Shown here piece by piece: positions 1 to 15,305 of a stretch of 64,000 nt of DNA. Source of the stretch: Octopus vulgaris (Eukaryota); the NCBI GenBank assembly GCA_951406725.2, contig OX597828.1, positions 53,320,001-53,384,000 on the forward strand, written 5' to 3'. Below the pieces are notes generated by a model. That model searched no databases, was not told where the DNA came from, and was given only the letters and a program-made list of their open reading frames with translations. A program made the position numbers and the translations under genes. How positions within the stretch are numbered: position 1 is the first letter of the stretch; each line of letters starts with the position of its first letter.

Positions 1-103
1 CTTCTTCTTCTTCTTCTTCTTCTTCTTCTTCTTCTTCTTCTTCTTCTTCTTCTTCTTCTTCTTCTTCTTCTTCTTCTTCTTCTTCTTCTTCTTCTTCTTC
101 TTC
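1..103. repeat. (CTT)n microsatellite, truncated by window start
   Basis: Perfect CTT run. Confidence 0.98.
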
Positions 104-1238
104 CAGCTTTCTATATCTCATATCTTGGATATACAGGCATTAACACACACACACACACACACACATTCACATCTCTCAGTAAATTCATACTTATACACTA
201 ACATAAATACAAGCATATAGGCTTTTAGCTGAGCCTATACACAGATAAATACATATACACACATATATAGATATACATTTACTTACATACACATACAAAG
301 TGAATCTGTAAATTACAGTACACACTGTGACCACTTGCTGTCACTTACTGGAACAATAATGGCATCTACTCCTCTGGCCAAGCAAAATATATGCCGCATT
401 TATTCTACCCTGAGTATCTTTATTTCATCACCCCATAACACTAACAATTAGACCCCATTGGAGCCTCTTACCCAATCTTTCTTTCATCAATTACTAAAGC
501 TTAAGAAGCTATTGCAACGCCCCCGCTTTTACTTTGCACACAATGCAACAGGAAAGCTCTTGGCTGCCTCTCTTTATTTTATCAAATTGGCCGTGGAGGC
601 CTTACAGAGAAGCAATGCGGGAAGGACAAAATGACAAATACGAATGATGTAAATGGGAAGAGTATTTTGGCTGCCTCTCTTGCTACACATTCAGTATCCT
701 GAAAGACTTATGCTGACGAGTGTTTTTCCTTGATACAGCAATAATGGTCTCGGAAAGATTAGTCTTACTCATCAGAGCCAGAATATTTTATTTACCCGGA
801 TAACTAATACTGACCTCATCATCAGATTTGAACCTCAATTGATCACTGTTCTCAAATCAGAGACATCCTAAATCGCATTAAGAAAAAGATCGCTCGACTG
901 AGTCACATCAAATCATTCCACAACACGCTCTAAATTCGTATTATATAGACGTCTCACTCATCTCTTTTACCTTTTCTTTCTCTCTCTCCCTCCCCCCTCT
1001 CCCCCCTCTCTCTCTCGCCTCCGGGCATGCTGGGGCGTCGAGTTCAAGTATGTTGCTCATTTATATCAATGTTAGTATTTTGCTTTTTACTGTTGCATTC
1101 TTTATCATAGGGTACACGAGAATGAGCAGTGAAGAAATATCAGTTCATGTCATCAGACAAAATACTACGGTTTATTATTTGCATTATTATATGCTCAAGT
1201 GAAGGGTTTACAGATTGATTAGAATATGATTAGGGCAC

Positions 1239-1596
1239 TGGTTCCGAACTCAGTCCCACTTCGTGGCACCTTGGGCTAGTGTCTTCTACTATCGCCTCGA
1301 GCCAACCAAAGCCTTGTGAGTGGATTTGTTAGACGGAAACTGAGAGAAGACCGTCGTATATATGTATATGTATGTGTATGTATGTGTATATGTTTGTGTG
1401 TCTGTGTTTGTCCCCTCAACATCGCTTGGCAACCGATGCTGGTGCGTTTACGTCCTCGTATCTTAATGGTTCGGCCAAAGAGACCGATAGAATAAGTAGT
1501 AGGCTTACAAAGAATAAGTCCTGGGGTCGATTTGCTCGATAAAAGGCGGTGCTCCAGCATGGCCGCAGTCAAATGACTGAAACAAGTAAAAGAGTA
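1239..1596 (+). mobile_element. SINE family A, 5'-truncated
   Basis: Matches the copy at 18231-18625 from the B-box region to the ...gactgaaacaagtaaaagag tail; has the internal TA/TG tract. Confidence 0.9.
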
Positions 1597-2208
1597 TAAA
1601 TTTACCTTATTTATATTTATCTTTCCTCAATCATCTCTATTTTTGTTTTATTTATTGTTGTAGTTTTATTTACTTTACTTTATCCCTAATCATATTCTAA
1701 GGAACCAGTAAACCCTTCACTTGAGCTTATAATAATATAAATCATAAACCGTAATATTTCGTCTGCTGAAATGAATTGATAGATCCACACGTAACATCCC
1801 GAGGTACGTCCTTTTTCTGAGATAGAATTATGCTCATGTCACATGAATGCAAATTTAACGTACAAATTTATAATTGAATTATTGAGTATTAAATGAAACA
1901 GTTGTAAGAAGAGAAGATGACCAATTTATTAATAATAAATAATTGTTAACTTCCTCATCTCCATTTTGTTTTCTTCTTTTATTTGAATATACAATAGCGG
2001 CCATAATATGCGTGTCAGTAAGAACAAAGTGTATTGAAATAATTATTATAGAAGATTAACAACACTTTGAGACTAGATATTTTACACGTATTTAGATATA
2101 TCTAATATCTATCTTTCGTGAAACTTTCCCGTGAATGGAATAAATATTTCGTAAGTTATGAGGAAACAAACAACTAATCAAAATAAGCTAAGAGTCAAAT
2201 ACTATACA

Positions 2209-2426
<218 letters not shown>

Positions 2427-2820
2427 TATTTGACTCTTAGCTTATTTTTCACCGAGGCCATACTTGTCTTCTCATTTTTGCATAATTCCGAGTCCTTTGT
2501 TAAGTGTCTGTATGTGTTCGACTGTTTTCTTATCGCTAGACACTAAGCATATCGTTTTTGTTTAATGGTATGTCAGGGGAGATAGACTTGAGATTATTTC
2601 CCCTACTCAAGAGGCACAGGTCACGATTGCCGTCTTGTAATTATGTTACATTTCCTAGAGACGAAAATAAATTTAATATATAAAAAATTTATATTGTATT
2701 TGATATACCTGTATTTAACTGTTATTCAAATACATATGCATAGTAAAGACACACATACGCACGCGCACGCGCACACACACTCACACATCATACACACGCA
2801 CATACACATAATATATATCT

Positions 2821-3290
2821 TCTTTTGTTCATTTACCTGTTTCAGTCATATGACTGCGGCCAGCCTGGAGCATCATCTTGAAGGGCTTTTAATCGAACAA
2901 ATATATCCCAGAACTTACTTTTTAAGCCTAGAACTTTATCGGTGTTTTGCCGAACCGCTAATTTACGGGGACGTAAACACACCAACACCGGTCGTTAAGC
3001 TATAGATACAAAGACTAACACACATATATACATACACATACATCTACACGACGGGTTTCTTTATACACACATACATACATACATACATACATACATACAT
3101 ACATACATACATACATGCATACATACATACGACGGGCTTCTTTCAATTTCCGTCAACAAATTCATTCACAAAGCTTTGATCAAGCCGAAGTTATAGTAGA
3201 AGACACTTGCCCAAGGTGTCTCTCAGTGGGACTGAATCTCGAACTGTTGTGGTTGGGAAGGAACTTTCTTACCACACAGCCATGCCTGCA

Positions 3291-3292
<2 letters not shown>
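2821..3292 (-). mobile_element. SINE family A, diverged full-length copy
   Basis: Reverse complement of head (...cttaccacacagccatgcctgcacc) and tail (tgtttcagtcatatgactgcggcc); internal (TACA)n. Confidence 0.85.
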
Positions 3293-3388
<96 letters not shown>

Positions 3389-3442
3389 TTACATATATAC
3401 ATACATATATATGTATGTGTATATATATATATATATATATAT

Positions 3443-3605
3443 ACTCTTTTACTCTTTTACTCTTTTACTTGTTTCAGTCATTTGACTGTGGCCATACTGG
3501 AGCACCGCCTTTAGTCGAGCAAATCGACCCTGGGACTTATTCTTTTGTAAGCCCAGTACTTCTTCTATCGGTCTCTTTTTGCCGAACCGCTAAGTGACGG
3601 GGTAC
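3443..3605 (-). mobile_element. SINE family A, 3' part only
   Basis: (actctttt)3 tail followed by gtttcagtcatttgactgtggcc...gccgaaccgctaagtgacgggg. Confidence 0.88.
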
Positions 3606-3629
3606 ATATATATATATACATATATGTAC

Positions 3630-3701
<72 letters not shown>

Positions 3702-4104
3702 GTATATATATATTCCACCATCATAACCATTAATTGCAGTCACAACAAACGGCACCAGTGCCACTACGTCCCCAATTCTCATTACGAAATCTCTGTTCTA
3801 TTGTCACTATTCTCTAAATTTAGGTAGCGATACTGGAAACGTTGCTGTGAAGTGCCTGAGGCTGGTGGTTGCATAGAGAGCGGCATTTAACGAAAGGATG
3901 GCAGAGCAGTAACAATAACGATATCAACATTTATATCGATAATGACTACAACAACATCAACAACAATAGCAGCTAAAATAACAACATCAACAACCACAAG
4001 TATCATAACCGAATTGCAATATTTATCGACAAAGCAACGAGAACAAAAACAACTACACTAATAATTAGCAGTAATTATTCAACGATGGTAGGTGGGTGGG
4101 GGGC

Positions 4105-4501
4105 AATATGGATGATGATGATGATGATGATGATGATTATGGTCATAAGGATGAGGATGGTGTTGGTGAGGAAGATGACTATGATGATAAAAAGGAGGAA
4201 AAGGAGGGGGAGGAGAGCAGGAGGAGATGAAGGGGAGGAGAGGAGGGGAGAAGGAGAGGGGGGATGGTAAGGGGAGGAGGAGGGGGAGGAGGAGGAGGAG
4301 GAGAGGAGGGCAGGAAGTGGAGGGGAGGAGGAGGAGGAGGGGAAGAGAAGGAGGGGAGGAGGAGGAGGATTCCTAACACTCAATGTCATTTACAACTAAA
4401 CAACTGACAATCAACGAACACAAAAGCAAGGAATTCAACTAAATACCATCAGCATCATCATCATCATCATCATCATTATCATCATCATCATCATCATCAT
4501 T

Positions 4502-4541
<40 letters not shown>

Positions 4542-4564
4542 ACATCATCTTTGAAAACAACAAG

Positions 4565-4597
<33 letters not shown>

Positions 4598-4625
4598 CAC
4601 TACTGCTACCACTACTACTACTATA
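4105..4625. repeat. Low-complexity trinucleotide block: (GAT)n, (GGA)n, (CAT)n, (CTA/CCA)n
   Basis: Visible degenerate triplet runs. Confidence 0.9.
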
Positions 4626-4898
4626 AGACTGCAATCAAGAACCACAGCAAGAACATCAGCAATATTAAGAGGAAAGATGGAAAATTTAAAGGATTCGTAT
4701 CGATGGTACTTGAATTGCAGCTAATTACTGTACAATAGATATTGTGTGTATACGTGTGTGTGTATGTGTGTGTGTGTGTTTAAATAAATGTATATATAGT
4801 ATGTTTATAGGATGCATATATATATACCCGCATACATATGTGCATATATATTATATAAATATATATATTATATATATTTGTGTGTGTGTATGTATATG

Positions 4899-4960
<62 letters not shown>

Positions 4961-5002
4961 GTGTGTGTAAAGATATATGTACATGCGCACATACATGTGT
5001 GC

Positions 5003-5069
<67 letters not shown>

Positions 5070-5089
5070 CATAACATATATATATGATA

Positions 5090-5137
<48 letters not shown>

Positions 5138-5493
5138 GACTGTGTGTGTGTATGTTTATTTATGTATATATTCAAGGGTATCCGCTCTCACTTTCCTTGC
5201 CAGTGCACGCTGCGGTTACTGTTGCAGTTGTTGGTGGTGGGATTTTTGTTGTTCTTCTTCTTACTGCTGCTGATCATTATGAAGGTGGTGTTGGTTGTGG
5301 TGGTAGTGGTGAGGAATGATCTTCGTTATAGAAATAGGAGATAACCACCAAATCATGTATGTGTATGGACGCTTTGTATATATATATATATATATATATA
5401 AACGCTTTATATACATATATATATATATATATATACACACACATGTGCCTGTATGCATGAACATATATGTGTGTTTGCATGTTAACGTGTGAA

Positions 5494-5746
5494 TGTATGT
5501 ATGTACGCATGTATGTATGTATGTATGTATGGATGTATGTATGAATGCACGTATGTATGTATGCATGTATGTATATATGTATGTATGTATGTATATATGT
5601 ATGTATGTATGTATGCATGTATGTATATATGTATGCATGTATGTATGTATACATGCATGTATGTATGTATGTATGTATGTATGTATGTATGTATGTATGT
5701 ATGTATGTATGTATGTATGTATGTATGTATGTATGTATGTATGTAT
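5494..5746. repeat. (TATG)n microsatellite
   Basis: Tetranucleotide run with scattered variants. Confidence 0.95.
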
Positions 5747-6377
5747 GGAAGTAAGTATTTACGTGGCATAGATATATTTGAATGAAATATCGGAAAGATG
5801 TATATTTTGAGAATAAAGTTTAACTCTCGGAAACAATGCTGGTTAATTATCCCACCATTTTCACTGTAGCAGCACCACGGTTTGTACTTCTTGAGAGAGC
5901 AGCCCAGAATTATCCGTAGTCAACCAGTTAAAAGGATCGGACTTATTTTACGCAATACTCACCTTTGTCATAGTTAGGCTCTCACTAAAAAAGGCTCACT
6001 TAAAATGGAAGCTGACATTGCAAAAAGGCCGAAGCCAGATAACGTCAGGTCTTCGCCTATTTCTTAGCACAGCTGCATGTCTTCCGTTCAGTTAACGTTT
6101 CATAACAATCTCACATTGGAAATTTTGCTCAGTCACAAAGTTCATCAACCTTCTCGAATTTCTGCAGTAGTAAACTTTGATAATGCTATACGGTCAATGG
6201 CCTTCATGACTGAACAAACGTGTGTGTGTGTGTGTGTTTGAGTGTGTGCGTGCGTCTATATTTGTGTATTTATGTATATACATATATATATATATGTGTA
6301 TATATACATACATACATATATGTCTATATATACATATATATGTATACGTACATATATATATATATATGTACGTATAC

Positions 6378-6421
<44 letters not shown>

Positions 6422-6492
6422 TTATATATGTATTTATTCATACATATATATACATATATATATATGTATATATATATATATGTGTGTGTATG

Positions 6493-6551
<59 letters not shown>

Positions 6552-6555
6552 GCAT

Positions 6556-6871
6556 ATTGTAGGTGCCTTAGGTATGATAAGAAACATCTCGATAATATCC
6601 CAGGAGAACCATGTCTCAGAGAAATCCAAAAGGTTGTGCTGACAAGTACTGCCTACACCCTTAGAAAAGCCCTATCAATTTAAATATATGTTGGATTACG
6701 TAAAGATACTTCGCTACTGCCCCTGCCAGTTGCCCTCCCTAAGCTTTCGATCATACTGTAACATCTCTTATCCTTCACTCGCCCTAGGACGCAGGGTGTG
6801 TCACGGCGAGTGATTGTAACATGCATGCAAATTAAAAATAATAACAAAATAATAATAATAATAATAATAAT
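6556..6871 (+). mobile_element. 3' end of an R4/Dong-like (restriction-like endonuclease, RLE) non-LTR retrotransposon
   Basis: Translates with one frameshift to IVGALGMI...[32 protein letters not shown], the typical R4-clade C-terminus; the 3' UTR runs into (TAA)n. Confidence 0.75.
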
Positions 6872-6960
6872 CCTTTCTACTAAAAGCACATGACTAGTAC
6901 TTAATTTCGATGATCCCGAAAGAAAGACAGGCTAACAATTCTGCCAGCGCGCCGCCTTCA

Positions 6961-7064
6961 GAAGAGAAAGAAGAAGAAGAAGAAGAAGAAGAAGAAGAAG
7001 AAGAAGAAGAAGAAGAAGAAGAAGAAGAAGAAGAAGAAGAAGAAGAAGAAGAAGAAGAAGAAGA
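6961..7064. repeat. (GAA)n microsatellite
   Basis: Near-perfect run. Confidence 0.97.
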
Positions 7065-7189
7065 GACCTAAAAATAGGCCAGGGAAAATCTTTTGGTTCG
7101 CCACTCCCTTTTTCCTTCTTATAAAAACTATAATAGGTAAAAGATTCCCGCCTCCCCTAGGCAAACACTTTCCAGCCTCATCGACAGAC

Positions 7190-7207
7190 ACATCCTCATC
7201 ATAATCA

Positions 7208-7244
<37 letters not shown>

Positions 7245-7595
7245 TATCATCACCATCACCTTCATCTTAGTCATCATAATCATCATCGTCGTCGTCGTGA
7301 TCGTCATCGTCGTCCTTATTATCATCATCACCATCATCACCATCGTCGTCATAATCATCATCATCATCGACAAGATCAATGTCAGCATACATCTCTCTGC
7401 AAAGAAGACGCTGAAATCCCTCTAGACACAAACCGAACAATATAAACGTGACACTTTACTTCATCGCGTAATCATTTACGTATTGTGCCGCCTGAAGTAG
7501 AGTTGATTGATGTCCGTAGGCTACGGGCTGCACCTCACACTTTATACACACGCACATATGTACGTGTGTGTAAGTGTGTATGCATGTGTGCGTGT

Positions 7596-7645
<50 letters not shown>

Positions 7646-7974
7646 GTGTGAGGAAGACTAATAGCAATAAAGATGCTCAAAATAATCTCGGATTAGTAAT
7701 CGTTGTAATGGTGGCTTACGTAATACTCTGCTCATCATGATGATGTAAGAGGTGATGCTGGGGGTAGTGGCAGCGGCCGTGGCGGCGGCTGTGGCGGCGG
7801 AGGCGGCGGCAACGGCGATGGCAATGGATGTGGTGATGGTGGGGCTTGTGGTGATGCTGCTGACGCCGGCGACGTCGGCAGCGGCGAACGTGGAGGCGGC
7901 AATGGTAGTGGTTATTGTTATGGAGGTGGAGGTAATGATGGTGGTGGTAGTGGTTGTGTTAGTGGCAGTGGCGG

Positions 7975-8005
<31 letters not shown>

Positions 8006-8824
8006 GGTTCGGGTGGTAGCGGTCTCGTTCTCCTTGTTATTGGTGGGTAATTGTGCTGATTGTTGTTGGTGTTGTCATCGTTCACAGTTGACCTGGAGGT
8101 AAAAGAGGATGGCAAGTCGCAATGGCAAAGGCGAGGGCGAGGGTGAGGGTGAGGGCGAGGGCGAGGGCGGGAGTGAAGGCAGCGGCGGCGATGCTGGTGG
8201 TGAAGGTGAGAGGGAAAGGAATACGAAATTTGAGCTGCAGTCGAAATTTAACCAATGATTTTATGATGGTGATGAATATGGAGGAGTGAGAAGAGGAACA
8301 GGAGGAGCAGGAGCAGGAAAAAGAAGAAGAAGAAGAAGAAGAAGAAGAAGAAGAAGAAGAAGAAGAAGAAGAAGAAGAAGAAGAAGAAGAAGAAGAAGAA
8401 GAAGAAGAAGAAGAAGAAGAAAAAGAAGAACAACAACAACAACGACGATGGTATGGTAAATATTATGATTGTTGAAATTTATGCTCATAATGATCAAGAT
8501 AATATTAATGATGATGATGTGAAGATGATGATGATGATGACCGCCAACACGACCACGACACGGTGAAATGCAGATGACGGTGAAGAAGAAGAAAAAGAAG
8601 GAGAAGAAAATGAAGGAGAAGAAGGAGAAGAAGGGGAGGATGAGGAGGAGGGTGAGGGGAGGTGGTGGTGGTGGAGTAAGAGGCAGAGGAGGAGGAAGTA
8701 TAGGAGGAGGAAGAGTAGGGGGAGGTAGAAGGGGAGGAGAAAGAAGAGTGACGGTGATGGTCTTAATCATGATCATAGCATAAAATAGAGAGGATATGAT
8801 GATAGGAATGCCGACGACGACGAC

Positions 8825-8871
<47 letters not shown>

Positions 8872-8940
8872 CGATGATGATGATGATGACGATGATGATG
8901 GTGGTGGTGATGCTTATTACGACGGTGACGACGACGATGA
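7190..8940. repeat. Mosaic of degenerate simple repeats ((CAT)n, (TG)n, (GGT/GGC)n, (GAGGGC)n, (GAA)n, (GAT)n)
   Basis: Visible runs; these generate the poly-amino-acid ORFs in the track. Confidence 0.85.
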
Positions 8941-9202
8941 GCCGAGAAAGGATATCAGGTAACAAACCGAACGGTTTGGAGTTGTTTCATCTTACCGTTT
9001 CCAGTTTCTATGGAGATTCACGGTGTCATATTCCCCTGTTCACTCTGACATAGTCAGTCCGTTTCTGGAAGCTTCTGGAAGGCGCTTCTTCCTTCATATT
9101 TGTCACACTTCTCTCTTTGCTCAACCCCCCCCCCCATCCTTCACTGATACATGCCACTTCTAGATTCCATATCCGTATACATCCATGCGTTTGTATGTAC
9201 AA

Positions 9203-9252
<50 letters not shown>

Positions 9253-9262
9253 ACACTCACAC

Positions 9263-9357
<95 letters not shown>
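9203..9357. repeat. (CA)n microsatellite
   Basis: Near-perfect run. Confidence 0.97.
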
Positions 9358-9359
<2 letters not shown>

Positions 9360-9526
9360 ATATATTACTTTTTGAAAACTCTTCAACGATTATTGAAGAG
9401 GTTGCAAGAAGCAACGAAAATTTTAGAAAAAAATGAGTGGAAATCGAACCGGTGAGTGTGTTAATATATAAGGCATTAAAACAGAATGACTCTCACCAGA
9501 CACAATAAAATGTGTGTGTGTGTGTG

Positions 9527-9563
<37 letters not shown>

Positions 9564-9570
9564 ACTTATT

Positions 9571-9605
<35 letters not shown>

Positions 9606-9609
9606 GTAT

Positions 9610-9686
<77 letters not shown>

Positions 9687-9689
<3 letters not shown>

Positions 9690-9795
9690 AGAATTATTCA
9701 CAAAAAGCAAAAGACGAAGACAGATGGTGTAGACAACAAACAGACGTATTAGTTTAACGCTCGGGAAGTGTAAAAGTCTTTAACGATTCGAGCTA
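9687..9795 (-). mobile_element. Interspersed repeat family D (probable Penelope terminal-repeat fragment)
   Basis: Homologous to 12688-12800 (caaaagacgaagacag.tggtgta...aacaaacaga..tattagt); both copies abut (TA)n. Confidence 0.6.
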
Positions 9796-9848
9796 AATCC
9801 CCCACACACACACATATTATATACACATATCTTTATATGCGTGTATGA

Positions 9849-9891
<43 letters not shown>

Positions 9892-10077
9892 GAGAGAGAG
9901 AGAGAGAGTAATACAGAGATAGATACACCTAAATACATGCATATATTTATATGCTTATACATATATGTAAATATTAAGTTTTATGTATATTAAAAATATA
10001 TTCACACATACACACGCACACACACACACATATATACATTTATATTTATGTGTGTATGTATTTACGTATATAAATAG

Positions 10078-10305
10078 TCTTCTATTCTTTTACTTTTTCA
10101 GTTATTTGACTACGGCCATGCGGGAGCACCGCCTTTAGCCGAACAAATCTACCCCAGGAATTATTCTGTATAAGCCTATTACTTATTCTTTGGTCGGCCC
10201 GAGGCTATAGTAGAAGACACTTACCCAAGGTGCCACGCAGTGGGACTGAACCCGGAACCATGTGGCTGGGAAGCAAGCTTCTAGCCACACTGCTACTCCT
10301 ACGCC
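10078..10305 (-). mobile_element. SINE family A with internal deletion
   Basis: Tail joined directly to head at ...acttattct|ttggtcggcccgagg... Confidence 0.85.
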
Positions 10306-10437
10306 ATATATATGCACATTCGCACAAACACACATATGTGTGTGTGCGTATGTGTGAATATATGCTTATGTGTGTGCGTATAATCATGTATGTAGGCAGA
10401 CAGACGAACAGACAAACAGTCAGACAGATAGAGAAGG

Positions 10438-10674
<237 letters not shown>

Positions 10675-11540
10675 CGTTTCTCAATTCGAATCCACCTGCA
10701 TTGTGGACCATCATATCAGACCTTCGTAAATTACGTGTTAAGTTCAGCGATCAAGAAAAGTCGCTGACTGTAAGCCAATGAACACGAAACACAGACATGT
10801 GGCGTGAAAACGCTTGCTGACACGCCAGGTGGCCCACTAACAGAGGTTATGTAATTATTTCAACAGACATCTGAATTGTATCGAAGCCAGCCTACTGTAT
10901 AGATATTTCCATTGTTATAACCGATGTCTATGCGATTATCAAGATTAAGCTGATAAATCTAGTCGTGATAATACATGCATTCATAATGTACTGTGTAAGA
11001 AATCATTTCGACATTTGAATGTCAAGAGTTAATAATATTGAATTTAAACACGGGAAGTGGAAATTGTCAAGGCTGTAGCTGAAATGTTGGACAAGATATT
11101 TTAATGTATCTAATTTAAATGTCACTTCATCTAAGATTATGGATGGACCAGGGTTTAGGTTGGAGAACAAACGTTAGAGTTGCATCTTGGGATGTGTTAT
11201 AACCATATTCCACAAGCAAAGAGGTTCCTGGGAACGTGTTTGGTTTGGCACACTTTGTTACAATTATGAAGGTCACGTCCACGAAATTTATGAGTCGCAT
11301 TTTGGGTGGTGTAGGGTCTTGGACAAATATCTAGATGTGGTACCGACTACACTGCAGTATGTCCCACAAGTTTCGATTCGATCGCAGAACTGGGAACCAT
11401 ACTGAAGTATTTTTTGTATCAGAGCTTCGGGATTTCGTTCACACAAACACAATAATTTAAATATACAGATACATCTTGAAATCCATTTAGCATTTCTCTG
11501 AATGGCGGTCTTTTTAATATTTTTGGAAACTAAGGATGCT

Positions 11541-11599
11541 GTACATTGTTTACATTATTTATATTTGACGGGTATTTGTCCTTATCTTTGTTGTTAACA
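11541..11599 (-). mobile_element. Short fragment of the Penelope terminal repeat also at 25587 and 55484
   Basis: ttacattatttatatttgacgggtatttgtccttatctttgttgttaaca matches both other copies. Confidence 0.65.
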
Positions 11600-11985
11600 A
11601 ATAGAAGACACTTGTTCAAGGTGCCACACAGTGGGAATGAGCCCGGAACCATGTGATTGGTAGGCAAGCTACTTACCACACAGTCACTCCTGCGCCTATA
11701 TATATATTCTTTTACTCTTTTACTTGTTTCAGCCATTTGAACCCAGCACTTATTCTTTGTGAGCCTAGAACTTAGTCAATTGACCACTTTTGCTGAGCAG
11801 CTAAGCTACGCAGACGTATACACACCAAAACTTATTGCCAAATAATGGGGTGGCGGTGCAAACTTAGGCACAAAAACACACACACATGAATATATACACA
11901 CGTGCATACACATACAAACACACACACACACAAATACATAAATACCATGGGCTTCTTTCAGTTGCCGTCTCTCTAATCCATTCAG
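11600..11985 (-). mobile_element. Two SINE A fragments (head 11600-11697; diverged 3' part 11706-11985)
   Basis: ...cttaccacacagtcactcctgcgcc followed by tcttttactcttttacttgtttcag... Confidence 0.8.
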
Positions 11986-12308
11986 AAGCCTTACTTGTGA
12001 TTATATATATATATACATATGTGTGTGAGTGTGTGTGTCTCCATATAAACAGTCACACAAACACATATACTCGCAATGCATATATTAGCATTCAACTGAA
12101 ATCAACCTAGTCAGATCGATAAATAGATGCACGGAAAATGAAGCTGGCATCTACGTCTTTATAACTTATTCATCTTTACTCGCTGTTATTCCTAGTCAAA
12201 TTGTGTAAATACGTGCTGTATTACATTTTCATCCATATTTCATATGGACACGAAGTCTGAGAATGTTATCCGCAACATCTAACGACTGGAAAAGATAAAC
12301 GTATACAT

Positions 12309-13080
<772 letters not shown>

Positions 13081-13118
13081 AAAAAAAATTATATGACATT
13101 ATTAGAATTATAAGCTGT

Positions 13119-13322
13119 GAGCTGGCAGAAATGTTAGCACGCTTGGCGAAATGCTTTGCGGTATTTCGTTTGTCTTTACGTTCAAATTCCGCCGAGGTCG
13201 ACTTTACCTTTCATCCTTTCGGGGTTCGATAAATTAAGTACCATTTGCGTACTGGGATCGATCTAATCGACTGACCCCCTAACTCAAAAATTTCGGGCCT
13301 TGTGTCTAGAGTAGAACAGAAT
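13119..13322 (+). mobile_element. SINE family B (3' variant 2)
   Basis: gagctggcagaa..gttagcac head, gttcaaattcc B-box, conserved gtcgacttt.cctttcatcctttcgggg...aagtacca core. Confidence 0.88.
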
Positions 13323-13628
13323 ATATAGAGAATTTGGGAACCTGTTTGGTAGAAACAGTTAGAAGTTTAGCTGGTAAGGGAAAGATACACGAGAGATATG
13401 TATATATCTGCATGCGTGCGTTGTCTGTGTGTGTGTGTGTGTCTCTGTGTGTGTGTAAGTATGCATGTATGTATGTAATGTGTACAGCTAACTGAATAAC
13501 CAAAGAATGGAAACTACTGGCCTCGTATTTTCTTCTCTATATAATATTTGCTATGCATACTCATTCGCATGTATACACGTAGAAATATAAATAAACGAAC
13601 GTGGCTTTCTGAATATATGCGCGTGCGT

Positions 13629-13711
<83 letters not shown>

Positions 13712-13866
13712 TGTGTGTGTCTGTGTGTCTGTGTGTCTGTTCGTGTGCTAAATATCACCATACAATGATAGATGTATATACTTATAAATAAATACTATTA
13801 CTGAAATATTTCCCTATGTGGGGAGAAAAGTAGACATAGTTTTCTAACTACCAAGATGAATATTAA

Positions 13867-14380
<514 letters not shown>

Positions 14381-15106
14381 GATATACAAACAGATAGGCT
14401 GTCAGACACACACATACATACATGCATACATATATAGAAACAAACAATACATACGTACACAGATGTCTTTTGTTGCATATCTTTAAATAAACGATATCGA
14501 GGCAAATTTCAAACACGAGAACGTCATTCACCTAACTGTAAATTTTTGCCAGCTCACACGCTTGTATTTTTGTTGGCGGCCATTTTGTTACCACTTTTCA
14601 TAATAGAGCGATATAAATGTGACATTAATATAACAATAACCACGTTAGTTTTGGTTTCAGATGAAGATGGATTATATCTAGATCGCAATACTTTTGGTTC
14701 GTGCGTGTACTTAGTATATAAGTACGGCTATAATTGTAATGGTATTGTAAACGTTTCTCTTCCGATGTATACATAGACGCATACACACACATACACACAC
14801 ATAAACGTGCGCACACACACGCACGCACACACAAATATAAGTATGTAAATTATATATATATATATATATACATATGAATACACACACAATTATATATATA
14901 TATATATACATATGAATACACGCACACTGACAAAACACGCACACATACACTCCTATGTATAGTACGTCGTCGAAACCATATATCATACGACGAACAAGAT
15001 AAAACTCTTCATTCTCATAATCAATCACACCCATACACGAAGGGGAGGGTTATTTATATATATATACATACATACATTTATGTATGCGTATGGGTGTGTT
15101 TGTGAC

Positions 15107-15149
<43 letters not shown>

Positions 15150-15158
<9 letters not shown>

Positions 15159-15305
15159 TACTTATAAATATATATATATATACTTATAAATATATATATA
15201 TATATACTTATAAATATATATATATATACTTATAAATATATATATATATATACATATATACTTATAAATATATATATATATATACATATATACTTATAAA
15301 TATAT
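15150..15305. repeat. Minisatellite: cttataaa core embedded in (TA)n, 6 units
   Basis: tatacttataaata repeated with variable TA spacers. Confidence 0.85.

Noticed and set aside
745-782. CTGATGA...GAGA on the minus strand as a hammerhead
   Set aside because: GAAA is missing, stem II is imperfect, there is no stem III and no second copy.
7752-8115. Gly-rich or Ala/Val-rich reading frames resembling a structural protein
   Set aside because: Decayed (GGT/GGC)n low-complexity DNA within a block of other triplet repeats; similar tracts recur at 42900-43200 and 59880-59970.
11040-11450. Possible LINE remnant on the minus strand
   Set aside because: Only a vague ...TLKYL motif; too decayed to assign.
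14573-14588. YY1-like gcggccattttg motif (also cgccattttg near 21458)
   Set aside because: Isolated short motifs, expected by chance, with no other promoter evidence.
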